A stretch of 64,000 nucleotides of DNA from assembly GCF_006345805.1 (NCBI RefSeq), contig NC_043008.1, positions 54,622,001 to 54,686,000 of the forward strand, in the 5' to 3' direction. The position numbers and the translations under genes are program-made. Under the pieces are notes generated by a model. It was not told where the DNA came from, ran no database searches, and saw only the letters and a program-made list of their open reading frames with translations. The DNA is from Octopus sinensis (Eukaryota). Below are positions 14,129-27,556 of this stretch, one piece after another (within the stretch, counting starts at the first letter, position 1; each line of letters begins with the position of its first letter).

Positions 14129-14856
14129 TACATATATATACATACATATATATACATATATATATAGACATATATATATATAGACATACATATATACATA
14201 CATATATATATACATACATATATATACATATATATATATATATACACACATATATATATATACATATATATACATATATATATATATGTGTGTGTGTGTA
14301 TATATATATAGTTTATTCATTTGCTCATCGACTTCAAGTTTTACACTGCAAAATGGTATGATTCTAGTTTGTTGTGCCTTATTTCCTCATCTCGAGCCCC
14401 TGTTCTTTCCTCTTCCCTCTTCTCTTCCTTTATTTTATGCATTTGTATTTACTCTGATGAACCTCTATGTACCAGATTGGATGTGCTATAAAAGATAAAT
14501 ACTATTCTCATAATTTCCTTTCGTGGCACTGACTGACATTGGTAGTAGAAACGGCTGTAAGCAATGTTAAAGTTTTATATTAAAAAAAGATAATAATAAT
14601 ACCTAATGGTAGTCAATTTGTTGATCAAATGTTTTTCCATTTTCTGCTTATTTTAAATTTGATTCCTGATAAACTCTTGTTTATTTTGTTATTGCCTGTA
14701 TTCTATGAGCATAGTATGCTTGCATATCCATGCCCAAGGTTAACATAGGTAATTTATACCGGTAGTAATAATGAATATTCTTATCCCTTAGATGGTTATT
14801 CGAACACTAACTCTACTTACCTTATATATGTATATGTACATGTATATGTATATGTG

Positions 14857-14941
<85 letters not shown>

Positions 14942-15008
14942 TACATACATACACACACATTCATGCACACGTTATATTATATATATACATCATATATTAT
15001 ATAATATA

Positions 15009-15078
<70 letters not shown>

Positions 15079-15112
15079 TATATATATCTTTCTTTGCCTT
15101 GTCTTTTCACAG

Positions 15113-15281
15113 GTGTCAACTGCCATGTTGTTGCTTCTTCTAATTACATTCCAGAATCTCTGAATTACATAACCAAACCCAACTTTGTGTCTAGTCGAAC
15201 TAATTGTCAACTTCCTCCTACTAACGAGCAGATTGAAATCAGGAAGTTACTCAATACTGATTACAGCAAGTATTTGAAAAG
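15113..15281 (+). CDS. CASZ1: castor/CASZ1 coding exon (first one found in window; [12 protein letters not shown]...[10 protein letters not shown])
   Basis: Polypyrimidine tract plus cacAG acceptor (15111-12) and AG|GTAAAC donor (15282). Phase 1 in, phase 2 out. Joins the 26420 exon as YSKYLKR|FSSSTEC, resembling the entry into the first CASZ1 finger. Confidence 0.8.
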
Positions 15282-16507
15282 GTAAACACATTTCATTACA
15301 CATTGCTGCTGTCTCTTCTCTTCTCTTTCTTTCTTTCTTTCTTTCTTTCTTCTCCCTTGACCCTCTTCTTCCCTCACCCTCTCTTCCCTCCCCTATATTC
15401 CTCCCGCCCCCTCTCCTTGCTCTCCTACCTGACACCTCACCCTCACCCCCATCCTCCTCCCCTCTTCTTCCTCACTCCTCCTCAACCTCACTCGCCTCCT
15501 CCCCCTCTTCCTCCTCCACACTTCCTCCTCATCTCCACCCCTCTTCCTCCGCCCCACCCCTCTTCTTCTGCCCCACCCCACTTCCCCCTCCTCATCACCC
15601 CGTCTACCTTCTTTCCCCCTCCTTCTCTCCTCTTCCTCCACAATAATAATAATAGTAGTAACAACAGCAATAATAATAATAATAATAATAATTTTATATA
15701 TTATGTATATTGGTTCGTGGTTTAATTCAACAGAGAGTGCACTCCATCTGGTGAGAGTCAAAACATTTCTCTTTAAGTATCACAATACATATCTTCGGGC
15801 TCTACTAATAGTTTCACGTGTCTGGAAATGCAAAAACGTTTTTCAGGCGCAGACAACTCTTCATACTGAACTAAGGACTTTAAATATGGAGGGGGACATA
15901 GGAATATGTGAAAAAGCTTGAAAAAATCATAGCATATAGAAAATACTAACTTCTAACCAAAAAAATGAAACCCGGAGACCTGATGTAAATGTAGAAAATG
16001 TACAAAATTAAATGTAAATTGTGTAAAGAGAGTAAAAATGTATATGAAAAATAAATGTATAAAATATAAATTAAAAATGTAACTGTATAAATATAAGAAA
16101 TTTATAAAGGATAAAAAATATAAAAAGTATAAAGGACAAAAAAGAAATATTAGCTATATATATATATATATATATGATGTACTGTTTTGTTGTTGGTGGG
16201 ATCAACAGGAAAATTACTCCATCCAGTGAGAAATAAGTGTCATTTAATAAACACAGGATTTATAAGTGAACTACTGTAAGTTTCATGGTTGGATAATACA
16301 GTAATCAGATGGGATGAATTATCACAAAACAGTACATGGCACACTATATAAGCATGTCCAATTATTGTACTTCCTGCGCGTGAAACTTATAGCAGCTCAC
16401 ATTTAAATCTTGTGTTTAACAAATGATACACATACACATAAACGTCCTACCCACATTTGCATTACTAGCATTATAACCCATCTGTTTGTATATATGTATG
16501 TGTGTAG

Positions 16508-16559
<52 letters not shown>

Positions 16560-16735
16560 AAAGTAAGAGATAAATGTTAAACATCCAAGTTCACCAGTTC
16601 AATCCAGAGCAAAGAAATATATAAATCTATTCAATATTGGTAATAATAAATAAAGTATAATAAGGAATAGTGGATATATGTACCAACTTGAATAAAGTAA
16701 CGTCTACATTTCTATTTCTTTCTTTCTTTATCATA

Positions 16736-16794
<59 letters not shown>

Positions 16795-16982
16795 TATATA
16801 CATGATAGATCAATAGCCACTACACATTCTTTATTTTCTCTCCTTGTTTCTCTCTGTGTTCCTTTCTGTGGAAGAGCATAGGCTCGAAATGTTAAAGACT
16901 TTTACACTTCCTGAGCGTTATACTAATACATCTGTTTGTTGTCTACACCACCTGTCTTTGTCTTTTGTTTTTTGTGAATTCT

Positions 16983-17025
<43 letters not shown>

Positions 17026-18850
17026 TACCATACATATATATATCTATATGTATATATATTTACATAAATACTAACAGCGAAGCAGGTGTGGAAAAAGCTG
17101 AACAATTGAGCAGGCTTAACCGATGAGGCAGTGGAAATTGCTGAAACTTACGTCACTATTAAGAATTCTCGATCAGCATTTTTCAGACAATTATGGTCCC
17201 TTTTAGTGTTTATGTTTGCATTCATGTGCATTAACTACTGCATTAGACAGTTTAGCTCTTATTTCTAGCAGTGTAGGTGTTTCCTGACATGCTAGTCACA
17301 TTTAGTGACAATTCTAATTCTAATATTATAATATATATATATATATATATATACATGTACACACACACTCATGTATATATATATATATAAAAAAGAGATA
17401 ATAGAGAGAGAAGGAGGTGTGTTTCAAAGTGTGAAAACTACATTGATATTCGATAGGCAGCTGCTGACGTGAGCCCTCCAGTTGTGTAAAATATGTTTTC
17501 TTTGTCACTTTATTGCCTTTGCTGGTTGTCACTGTCATATTGAATTTCCTTCCCTTGTCTGAGACATTACAGGTTCTTGGCTTCTTTCACCATTTATAGG
17601 GTAGGAATCAAATCTAATTCTTTTCTTTTCTTTTTTTGTTTTTGTAGTAATATACTGTTCCTTAAATTATTGCAGTTTGTATAATTACATAATTGAAAAC
17701 CTGTTTACGTGTGATATGATGTCTGTTAGGTATCATATATACCTGTTTGTGTGTGAATGTATATATGCGTCTAGCCCATGCCAGGATTGGAAATGGATGT
17801 TGATGATGATGATGTTGATGATGATGATGATGATGGTGTTTATTCAAATATGCAATTGAACAAATTGAGAATGCTTTCACAGAATCTGTTCATTAAATTA
17901 ATGACAATTTGAACAAAAGGTTAACACAGTTGGATCATATTTCCATCTTTTTTGACATGTATGTATGTGTATGCGTGTGTGTGTGGTGTGTGGTGTGTGG
18001 GTGTGTGTGTGTGTATGCATTTGTATGTATGCATGTGTATGTATGTATGTGTGTATGTATGTATGAATGAATGACTGACTGTATGTATGTGTGCGTATGT
18101 GTGTGTGTATGTACGAATGTGAGTGTATGTGTATATGTGTGTGTGTATGTATGTATGTACATAGGTGTATAAATATATATATATGTATATCTGTCTGTCT
18201 ATCTGTGTTTGTATATATATATATGTGTGTGAGTATGTCTATATGCATATATGTGTATGTTTGTTTCTATGTATGTATGCATGTGTGTGTGTATGTATGT
18301 ATGTACATAGGTGTACAAATATATATTTATATTTATATCTGTCTATCTATGTTTGTATATATATATGTGTGTGTGTGTGTATGCATGTATGTGTATGTTT
18401 GTTTCTATGTATGTATGTATGTATGTATGTATGTATGCATGTATGTGCATATATATGTATAATCATCATGGTTTAGTGTTCACAGTTTGACACTTGAATG
18501 GTTCTTAGTTGGAATTAAATGGAATTAGTTGGAATTTACTTGAAGATGGAATTTTAGTTGAAGCAGAATCTGTATGTTCAGATGCTCTTGTTGCACACAA
18601 CAATCATCTGTTTCCATGCAAGATAATATTTCTTCACAGCCGGACTTTTTTTTCATGGAAGATTGGAAAGAAGGGATGTGACTTGTATGATGGAGATTCT
18701 CATGCACACAACCATATGTGTGTATTTGTGTGTGTGTGTGTGTGTGTGTGTAGTTTATTTTTCTGTTAAGGTAAGATCAACAAAAAAAAGTACTCCATCC
18801 AATGAGAGATAGATTTTATTTAATATAAACAGTATACTATTATAAGCTAT

Positions 18851-19090
18851 TTAACCCTTTCATTACCGTATTTATTTTGGGTTGCTCTGTGTTTCTTTCA
18901 ATTACTTTAGATATAGCAAAGAATTTAGTAAAATAACTTGGTTATCATTAAGCTAGTGTTAGGAACATAAATTTTGACTAAGAAGATTTTAATTTTGACT
19001 GGAAGATTTTAATTCAAAACTTATGAAAACAAGACATTTGTACTACAGGACCAGAGGCAGTTTCAGCTGGTTTGGTATCGAAAGGGTTAA
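18851..19090. mobile_element. piggyBac-type MITE, copy 1
   Basis: TTAA-CCCTTTCATTACC ... GGTATCGAAAGGG-TTAA: terminal inverted repeats with TTAA flanks. Confidence 0.75.
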
Positions 19091-19094
19091 TAAT

Positions 19095-19321
19095 TTAACC
19101 CTTTTGTTACTGTATTTATTTTGAGATGCTCTGTGTTTCTTTCAATTACTTTAAATATAACAAAGAATTTAGTAAAATAACTCGGTTATCATTAAGCTAG
19201 TGTAAGGAACATAAATTGTGACTAAGTTTGGTGGAAGATTTTCATTCAAAACTTAAGAAAACAAGATATTTGTACTACAGAGCCAGAGATGGTTTCAGCT
19301 GGTTGGTATCGAAAGGTTTAA
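19095..19321. mobile_element. piggyBac-type MITE, copy 2 (tandem with copy 1)
   Basis: TTAA-CCCTTTTGTTAC ... GGTATCGAAAGGT-TTAA. The internal sequence aligns with copy 1; the spacer is 4 bp. Confidence 0.75.
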
Positions 19322-19642
19322 TAGTTTGATGCATGGAAGATGTAGTCTAGAGCCTGAAGATTGCTTGGAGACATAAGGCATTTTATTAAAACTTGCCCAG
19401 AATACATCTCCAATGTATGAAACTATTAATTGCTCATAACTGAATACTGTGTGCCATCATCATCATCATAATTTAGTGTCTGTTTTCCATGTTGGCATGA
19501 GTTGGATGGTTTGACTGAAAACTGGTAAGCTGGGGAGCTGCACCAGGTTTCAATCTGATCAGGCATGGTTTCTACAGCTGGATGCCATTCCTAATGCCAA
19601 CCACTCTTTTACTCATTGCCTGTCACCTTGCCTAGTATTCTT

Positions 19643-19867
19643 TCTCTTTTATTCTTTCACTTGTTTTAGTCATGTGACTGCGGCCATGTTGGAGCACTGC
19701 CTTCAGTCGAGCAAATTAACTGCAGGACTTAATCTTTGTAAGCCTAGTACTTGTTCTATCGGTCTCTTGTGCAGAACCGCTAAGTTACGGGGATGTAAAC
19801 ACACCAGCATCGGTTTTCAAGTGATGTTGGGGGGGGGGTAGACACAAATACACACACACATATACAC

Positions 19868-19904
<37 letters not shown>

Positions 19905-20083
19905 CATATATATATATATATACGCTGGGCTTCTTTCAGTTTCTGTCTACCAAATCCACTCACAAGGCTTTGGTCAGCCCGAGGCTATAGTAGAAGACAC
20001 TTGCCCAAGGTGTCATGCAGTGGGATTGAACCCTGGAACCATATGGTTGGTAAGCAAGCTACTTACCACACAGCCGCTCCTGC
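19643..20083 (-). mobile_element. SINE family A, full length
   Basis: Reverse complement of the 1219-1590 copy, with an internal (CA)n/(TA)n. Confidence 0.8.
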
Positions 20084-20188
20084 ATCTCTTGTTGTACTTC
20101 TTGTCTTGAATCTCTCTCTATCTCTCTTTTAGTTTCTCTATACGATGCAAAGCATGATTGGAGAAATCAACTAATCAGCTATTATGTA

Positions 20189-20238
<50 letters not shown>

Positions 20239-20601
20239 TGTGTGGTAAGTACTTGCTTACTAACCACATGCTCCTGGATTTAGTCCCACTGCGTGGCACC
20301 TTGGGCAAGTGTCTTCTGCTATAGCCTCAGGCCGACCAAAGCCTTGTGAGTGGATTTGGTAGACGAAAACTGAAAGAAGCCATCGTATATATGTATATCA
20401 TCATCATCATCATCATCATCATCATCGTTTAGCGTCCATTTTCCATGCTAGCATGGGGTATATATATATATGTATAGATATATATATATATATATTATAT
20501 ATATAGAAATATATATATATAGTATATATATATATATATATAGAAAATATAATATAGAAAATATATATATATATATATATATAGAAATATATATAATATA
20601 G

Positions 20602-20691
<90 letters not shown>

Positions 20692-21067
20692 GTTAGATAT
20701 GTATGTGTGTGTATATGTTGTGTGTCGGTGTTTGTTCCCCAACATCGCTTGACAACCGATGTTGGTGTGCTTACATTCCCGTCACTTAGTGGCTCAGCAA
20801 AAGAGACCGATAGAATAAATACTATGCTTACAAAGAATAAGTCCTGGAGTTGATTTCTTCGACTAAAGGCGGTGCTCCAGCATGGCCGCAGTCAAATGAC
20901 TGAAACAGGTATATAAAAAAAAGAGAGAGAAAAGTAAGAGAGCATGTAGAAGATATGTGTATGCATATGCACAATGTATATGCCTATATGTATGTATGTG
21001 TGTGTGTGTGTGTTTATATATGTGTGTATATGTATGCATACACATATATCTCATATACATTCACCCA

Positions 21068-21102
<35 letters not shown>

Positions 21103-21272
21103 GTACACAGATATCTGTGGTGGTGATGTTGGCTGTATCTAATTTACTAATAATGATCTAATTAAAGTATTTCTTAACGAACTAACCAGTGTTTTTTAAT
21201 AATCTGAATCCAATTAAAACCCAGGGAAATGAAATGATATCATCATCATCATCATCATCATCGTCATCATCG

Positions 21273-21310
<38 letters not shown>

Positions 21311-21659
21311 GTCATCATCGTCATCATCATCATCGTAAAATCATCATCGTAATCATCATCATCATCATCGTAATCATCATCATCATCATCATCGTCATCA
21401 TCATCGTCATCATCATCGTCATAGTCATCAGTTCTTGTGTAAAAAGATTGTCTCTTGAAATAAGAGGAACCAGCTGGATGATCATGTTTGGAAAGATGAA
21501 GTGTTTAAAGGTTAAAGGTCACATCAGGTGAGGTCGGCGGAGATGATGGGAGAGGTTGTGGTGGAATAGAGAGTAGTGAGAGTAGGAAGAGGAGGAGGAG
21601 GAGGTAGAGAGGGAATGAGGGTGGAGAGGAAGGGGAATGGAACGAGATAACAATAACAA

Positions 21660-21821
21660 GAATTATTGCTGCTGTTGTTGATGTTGTTGTTGCTGTTGTT
21701 GTTGCTGCTGCTGTTCTTCTTATTGCTGCTGTTGCTCCTGCTGCTACTGGCCGCTGCTGTTTTTATTGGTTTTGATATTGCTGTTGCTGTTATTGCTGCT
21801 GCTGCTGTTGCTGCTCTTGTT

Positions 21822-21856
<35 letters not shown>

Positions 21857-21892
21857 GGCTGCTGCTGCTGCTGCTGTTGCTGTTGCTGTTGT

Positions 21893-21924
<32 letters not shown>

Positions 21925-22085
21925 TTGTTGTTGTTGTTGCTACTGCTGCTGCCGCTGTTGTTGCTGTTGCTTTTGTTGCTCTTGTTGTTACTGCTGCTGT
22001 TTCTGCTATTGTTGCTGTTGTTACTGTTGCTTCTTTCGTTGTTCTTATTATTGTTGCTGTCGTTGTTGCTGTTGTTATTGTTTCT
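21660..22085. repeat. (GCT/GTT)n trinucleotide tract, preceded by a (CAT)n tract at 21240-21430
   Basis: Read directly from the sequence. It generates the poly-Leu and poly-Ala/Val ORFs. Confidence 0.9.
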
Positions 22086-22119
22086 GACGAGACAAGACCT
22101 ACGATTAAGATTCACATCT

Positions 22120-22354
22120 AATAAGATGGCGATCTGGCAGAAACGTTAGCAGGCCGGGCGAAATGCTTAACAGTATTTCCTCTGCCTCTACGTTCTGAGT
22201 TCAAATTCCACCGAGGTCAACTTTGCCTTTCATCCTTTCGGGGTCGATTAAATAAGTACCAGTGATGCACTGAGGATCGATGTAATTGACTTAATCCCTT
22301 TGTCTGTCCTTGTTTGTCCCCTCTTTGTTTAGCCCCTTGTGGGCAATAAAGAAA
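22120..22354 (+). mobile_element. SINE family B with 14-bp TSD
   Basis: TAAGATTCACATCT occurs at 22106-22119 and 22355-22368. Confidence 0.85.
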
Positions 22355-22544
22355 TAAGATTCACATCTGACTACTTCATCTTTTGCTTTTTCTTTCTTTC
22401 TTAGTCATAGTGTAACTTGGACTACATTGCTGAATGTGTCATTCTCATTGTTTTAACATGATATGGTGCTTTTAGTGCTATTTCTAGCAGATCAAGTAAC
22501 CATAGAAGTGATGGTTGTATTGTGAAAGTAGAGTTTGTGGTGGT

Positions 22545-23200
22545 GAGGTTAATGGGATGGTGGTGGCTGTGGTGGTTGTTTTGGTGATGGCATTGGCAGT
22601 GGTTTTGGTGGCTGTGGTGGTGGTGGTGGTGGTGGCAGCAGCAGTGGTGGTGGTGGTGGCAGTGGTGGAGTGGCTATGGAAGTTGTGGTGGTGGTGGTGG
22701 CAGTGGTTTTGATGGCAGTGATGGTGGTGGTGATGGTGGTGGTGGCAGTGGTAGTGGTGGTGGCTGTAGTGGTAGTGGTGGGGTGGCTGTGGTGGTGGTG
22801 ACTGGTGGAATGGTGGTGGTGGTGGTGGTAGTGGTGGTTGTGGTGGCTGTGCTGGTGGTGGTGGCATTGGCAGTGGTGGTGGTTTTGGTGGCAGCGGTGG
22901 TGGTGGTGGTGCTGGCAGCAGCAGTGGTGGTGGTGGTGGCAGTGGTGGAGTGGCTATGGAAGTTGTGGTGGTGGTGGTGGCAGTGGTTTTGATGGCAGTG
23001 ATGGTGGTGGTGGTGGTGGTGGTGGTGGCAGTGGTAGTGGTGGTGGCTGTAGTGGTAGTGGTGGGGTGGCTGTGGTGGTGGTGACTGGTGGAATGGTGGT
23101 GGTGGTGGTGGTAGTGGTGGTTGTGGTGGCTGTGCTGGTGGTGGTGGCATTGGCAGTGGTGGTGGTTTTGGTGGCAGCGGTGGTGGTGGTGCCGGTGACA
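22545..23200. repeat. GTG-rich low-complexity array with an approximately 280-bp higher-order duplication
   Basis: GGCTATGGAAGTT occurs at 22672 and 22952; GACTGGTGGAATGG at 22800 and 23083. Confidence 0.85.
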
Positions 23201-24985
23201 GCAGTGGTGGCAGTGGTAGTATTTGTGATAGTGGTAGTGGTGGTGGCAATGGTAATTGTGGTGGTGGTAGTATTTCTGGTAACAATGATGATATTGATGA
23301 TGGTGGTGGTGTTCGTAGAAAGTCCTATAGACTCTATGCCTGTAATAAAAAAAAGAGGAGGTGGTCATGACTGGAACAACTCTTTGGACACAAATCTGTT
23401 AGATCGTGTTTAATCAGCTGCTGAGCTTACAACATTAACGACATCATTGTGGTCATCATTACGTCTACAAAGGGAATTTAATTACCACAGAGAGAGGGGG
23501 GAGAGAAGGAAGGAGGGACAGAAAGGGATAGAAACAAAAGGGAACAGATGGATAGAAAGAGAAGGGAGAGAGAGAGAGAGAGACATACAGGCACAGGGAA
23601 CTGATGGGTAGAGACTGAAGGATTGACACACAGGAGAGCGAGATAGATAGATAGAGAGAGAGAGAGAGATAAAGATAAGGATAGAGATATAGAGAGATAG
23701 AGGAGACTGGATAGAAAGAGAGATAAAAGGAAAGAGAGAGTTGGATAGAGATAAACAGGAGAGAGAGAGATAGCCACAGACAGATTGGAAGATATATATA
23801 TATATATATATATAAAAAGAGAGAGAGAGAGAGAGAGAGAATGGGAGGAGGTGTAAGATAGATAGAGACGGAGAGAGAGAAAGAAGGGGGAGAGGTAGAT
23901 AGAAACAAAAAAATGGGACAAAGACAAGGATAGACACAGAAGAGGGATAGAGAGAGAGAGAGTGAAAGGGGGAGGGATAGATAGAAGCAGAAGAAAGACA
24001 GAGACCGATAGAATAAGTACTGGGCTTGCAAAAGAATAATTCCCGGGGTCGAGTTGCTCAACTAAAGGTGGTGCTCTAGCATGGCCGCAGTCAAATGACT
24101 GAAACAAGTAAAAGAGAAAGATATATATAGAGAGAGGCAGCAGGGGAGAGGGAAAGAGGGTGTCAGAGAGAGATATAGAAACAGAAAAAAGACAAAGACA
24201 AGGATAGAGAGCTATAGAGAGGGGCAGAAGGAGAGAGGGAAGAAAGGAGAGATAGGGACAGAAAAAAGATTGACTTTTGGAGAGAGAGAGAGAGAGAGAA
24301 AGGGAGAGGGAATGGTAATAGTGGTGGTTATGTAATTTTTAAATTATTTCTTTGGTTGTCTTTTTTCTTTCCTTTGTTTTTCTTTTCTTTTCATTCTTTC
24401 ATTCCATCCAGTTTTTCTCCTTTCTTTCATTCTTTTCATTCTTCCTTTCCTCTCTCTTACTCTTTTTATTATTCCATCTTTCTTTCTTCACTTTCTTTCC
24501 TTCTATATTTCTTTCATTTCATTCTCACTTTCTTCCCTCGTCCCTCTTTTTCATTCCTTCTTTAACACTTTCTCATGTATATCTCTCAAATATATTCCCA
24601 AGTAAACCAGTAAACCCTATAAATAAACTTCCTGACCTTCCCTAATTAATTAATTTTTTTTTTCTGTTAATTAATCAAGAATGGTTATGAAAATTTAGCA
24701 ATAAATAAAATAAAATAAAAATATAAAAGTATTTAATAAATGCAAATAACAAAAATACGAAACAAACCCAAAAAACGAAATACAGTAATAATTAAGCAGC
24801 AGCTAACTAATTTATAACTAATTAATCTAACATAATTAATGCAGCTGGGGTTTGGGTAATTGAAATTTTGAAAAAATCTCAGTTTTTCTTGGACCAGTAG
24901 AATTAATCTTAAATCTTAAATAACCCCATAATTACGTTTATGGGATGGATTAGGGTTTGTTTGGGTCAGCGGGACTGACTGACGT

Positions 24986-25026
<41 letters not shown>

Positions 25027-25714
25027 TATTTCTCCTTCTTCTCCTCTCCTTCTTCTTCTTCTCCTCCTCCTCATCATCATCATGATCATGATCATCACCA
25101 TCATCAACATCAAGGTAGATTGTTCGCACGACTATCGAAATACTTAGAGGACTTTTGGTCTGCTGTTACGTTCCGAGTTCAAATTCTACTGAGGTCGACT
25201 TTGCCTTTTGTCCTTTTCGGATCGATAAGTTAAGTACCAGTGAAATACTGGGGTTGATGTAATCAACTATCTCCCACCCCCAAATTTCAGGCCTTGTGCC
25301 TATAGTAGAAAGGATTATTATTATTATTTATTATTATTATTATTATTGAAGTTGGTGAGCTGGCAGTATTGTTAGCATGCTGGACAAAATACTGCTAAGC
25401 ATTTTGTCTGTCTTCACAATCTGAGTTCAAATTCTGCCTAGAGAAATATTGGCCAATACCTCTAAGAAAAACTCCATTGGAGTTTCTGAACACTGCACCC
25501 CCAAAAACATCCATAAGAGAAGTAAGTCCTGTTTGTTGTGCAATAACATGAGTCAAACCAATTCCACCAAGAATTATAGCAGAAATGTTATGTGTATTTA
25601 GTCTTTGATCTCTTCTACTGTTAGCCATCATCTACTCTTGCCTTTGTTCGCTTCTGCTATTGGTCATCTCTCTCCTTCCATCCTTCAACCCACGCTAGCA
25701 TGATAATCATTATC

Positions 25715-26330
25715 ATCATCATCATCATTGTTTAATGTCCACTTTCCATGCTAGCATGGGTTGGATGATTTGACTGAGGTCTGGCGAACCAGATGGCTGC
25801 ACCAGACACCAATCTGATCTGGCAGAGTTTCTACTGCTGGATGCCCTTCCTAACGCCAACCAATCCGAGAGTGTAGTGGGTGCTTTTACATGCCACTGGC
25901 ACGAGGGCCAGTCAGGCAGTACTAGCAATGGCCACGCTCAAATGGTGCTTGTTATGTGCCACCTGCACAGGAGCCAGTCCAGTGGCACTGGCAACGACCT
26001 TGATGGAATGTTTTTTCAGGTGCCATCAGCACAAGTGCCAGTAAGGAGACGCAGGTAACGATCACACTCAAATGGTGCTTTTTATGTGACATCGGCACGG
26101 AGGTCAGCTTGTTGCTCTGGCAACAATCACGCTCATATCGTACTCTTAGCGCTCCACTGGCATGGATGCCAGTCATCGAATTTAATTTCAATTTCAACTT
26201 CACTTACCTCAGAAGGTCTTCGCAGGCAGAGTTTAGTGTCCAATGAAGGAAAGGTATGCATAAGTGGACTGGTTACACCCCTGGCACAGGCCACAAGGTT
26301 ATGGTCTCACTTGAGCTTGCCGAGTCTTCT
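25715..26330 (-). mobile_element. Retroposon family D with (GAT)n tail and internal GTGCCA-rich tandem motifs. Near-identical long copy at 40041-40614; shorter copies at about 5911-6140, 12215-12418, 19455-19610 and 28862-29190
   Basis: Shared sequence CATCATCGTTTAACGTCC...CCATGCTAGCATGGGTTGG...CTACAGCTGGATGCCCTTCC across copies. Confidence 0.75.
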
Positions 26331-26419
26331 CAAGCACAGCATGGATGTAAATTAATAATGCTAATGATTTTTGAGTACTTAAGAAGTACAATGTTTTTTT
26401 TTTCTTCTTGTTTTTCCAG

Positions 26420-26507
26420 ATTCAGTAGCAGCACAGAATGCAGTGTGTCCCACTGCAAAGACATGCACTACCGTGAACATTATCATTGTTTTGATTGCAA
26501 TTATAAG
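26420..26507 (+). CDS. CASZ1: castor exon, finger 1 N-half (RFSSSTECSVSHCKDMHYREHYHCFDCNYK)
   Basis: ttttccAG acceptor and AAG|GTAAGA donor. The YREHYHC motif is typical of CASZ1 finger 1. Confidence 0.93.
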
Positions 26508-27029
26508 GTAAGACTTGCTACCTTGTTTGACAATGCTCACGGCAGTGGAGGGATAGAATTGTTACAATGCCTTGTGGTGTTTAACCATTTAGCATTCAGA
26601 TTACTCTGTCAAATATAATGCTTCTTTATTCTCATTGTTTTGAATTAATCATGAAATTATATCATAGTTTTGATATTGCAATGATGTGATTGTATATTTT
26701 TTGAATGACATTGTAGGGTAAGTGTAAGAGGCCAAATGTTGACAGCTTGAACAAAAATCAGGAAGAATATTTTGACCAGATATGACTGGATTAAACGCAA
26801 AAGGGTCAAACACAGCCCCTTTAATGTTCTGAGCTCTAATCTCTCCGAGGGCAACTTAGACATATCTTTCAGGATCACATCTATAAAATAGCATAGATGG
26901 AGGAGTGGCTGTGTAGTTAAGAAGTTTGCTTTACAATCATGTTGTGTCAGGTTCAGTCCCACTACACAGCAAATGTCTTTTATTAGAAATAGCTCTGAGC
27001 TGGCCAATGCTTTGTGAGTGAAATCAGTG

Positions 27030-27092
<63 letters not shown>

Positions 27093-27556
27093 TATAATAT
27101 ATATCATTAATAATATCAAAGGATAATCAGAAATATTAGAAATTTCCATTACCAGTGGACTAGCGTGTAAAAATTTAGTCAATAGACTATATATTATTCA
27201 TATAAATACAGTGTACATTTAAACACACAAGAGGTAGCCATCGTGTATATATATATTTAGTCTAAGGTGTACCTGCTGAAGAAGGCTTCACCTAGCTAAA
27301 AATTTGCTAAAAAATGTCTGAAACCATTGGTCCAGGAGTTAGATGGTAAATGTTTTTATTTTTCATTCCCTTTGATGTTCATCTCTAATAATGGTTTGGA
27401 ATTTAACCATCTTCTCTAGCATGTAGGTAGTCCTATGATGGCTACCTCTTTTGTGTTTAAATGTACACTCTATTTATATGTGTGTATATATATATATCAA
27501 TCGACACTGGAAAAAGTATATGTATTTGCGAAGGGATCTGACTTCTCGTCGACAAC

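Noticed and set aside
21666-23413. Poly-Leu, poly-Ala/Val, Pro/His/Thr-rich ORFs
   Set aside because: They come from trinucleotide low-complexity DNA inside a castor intron and have no splice or domain support.
27276-27305. CTGAAGA-AGGCT...AGCT-AAAA hammerhead-like trace
   Set aside because: G12 is missing and there is no helix I or III, so at most a relic.
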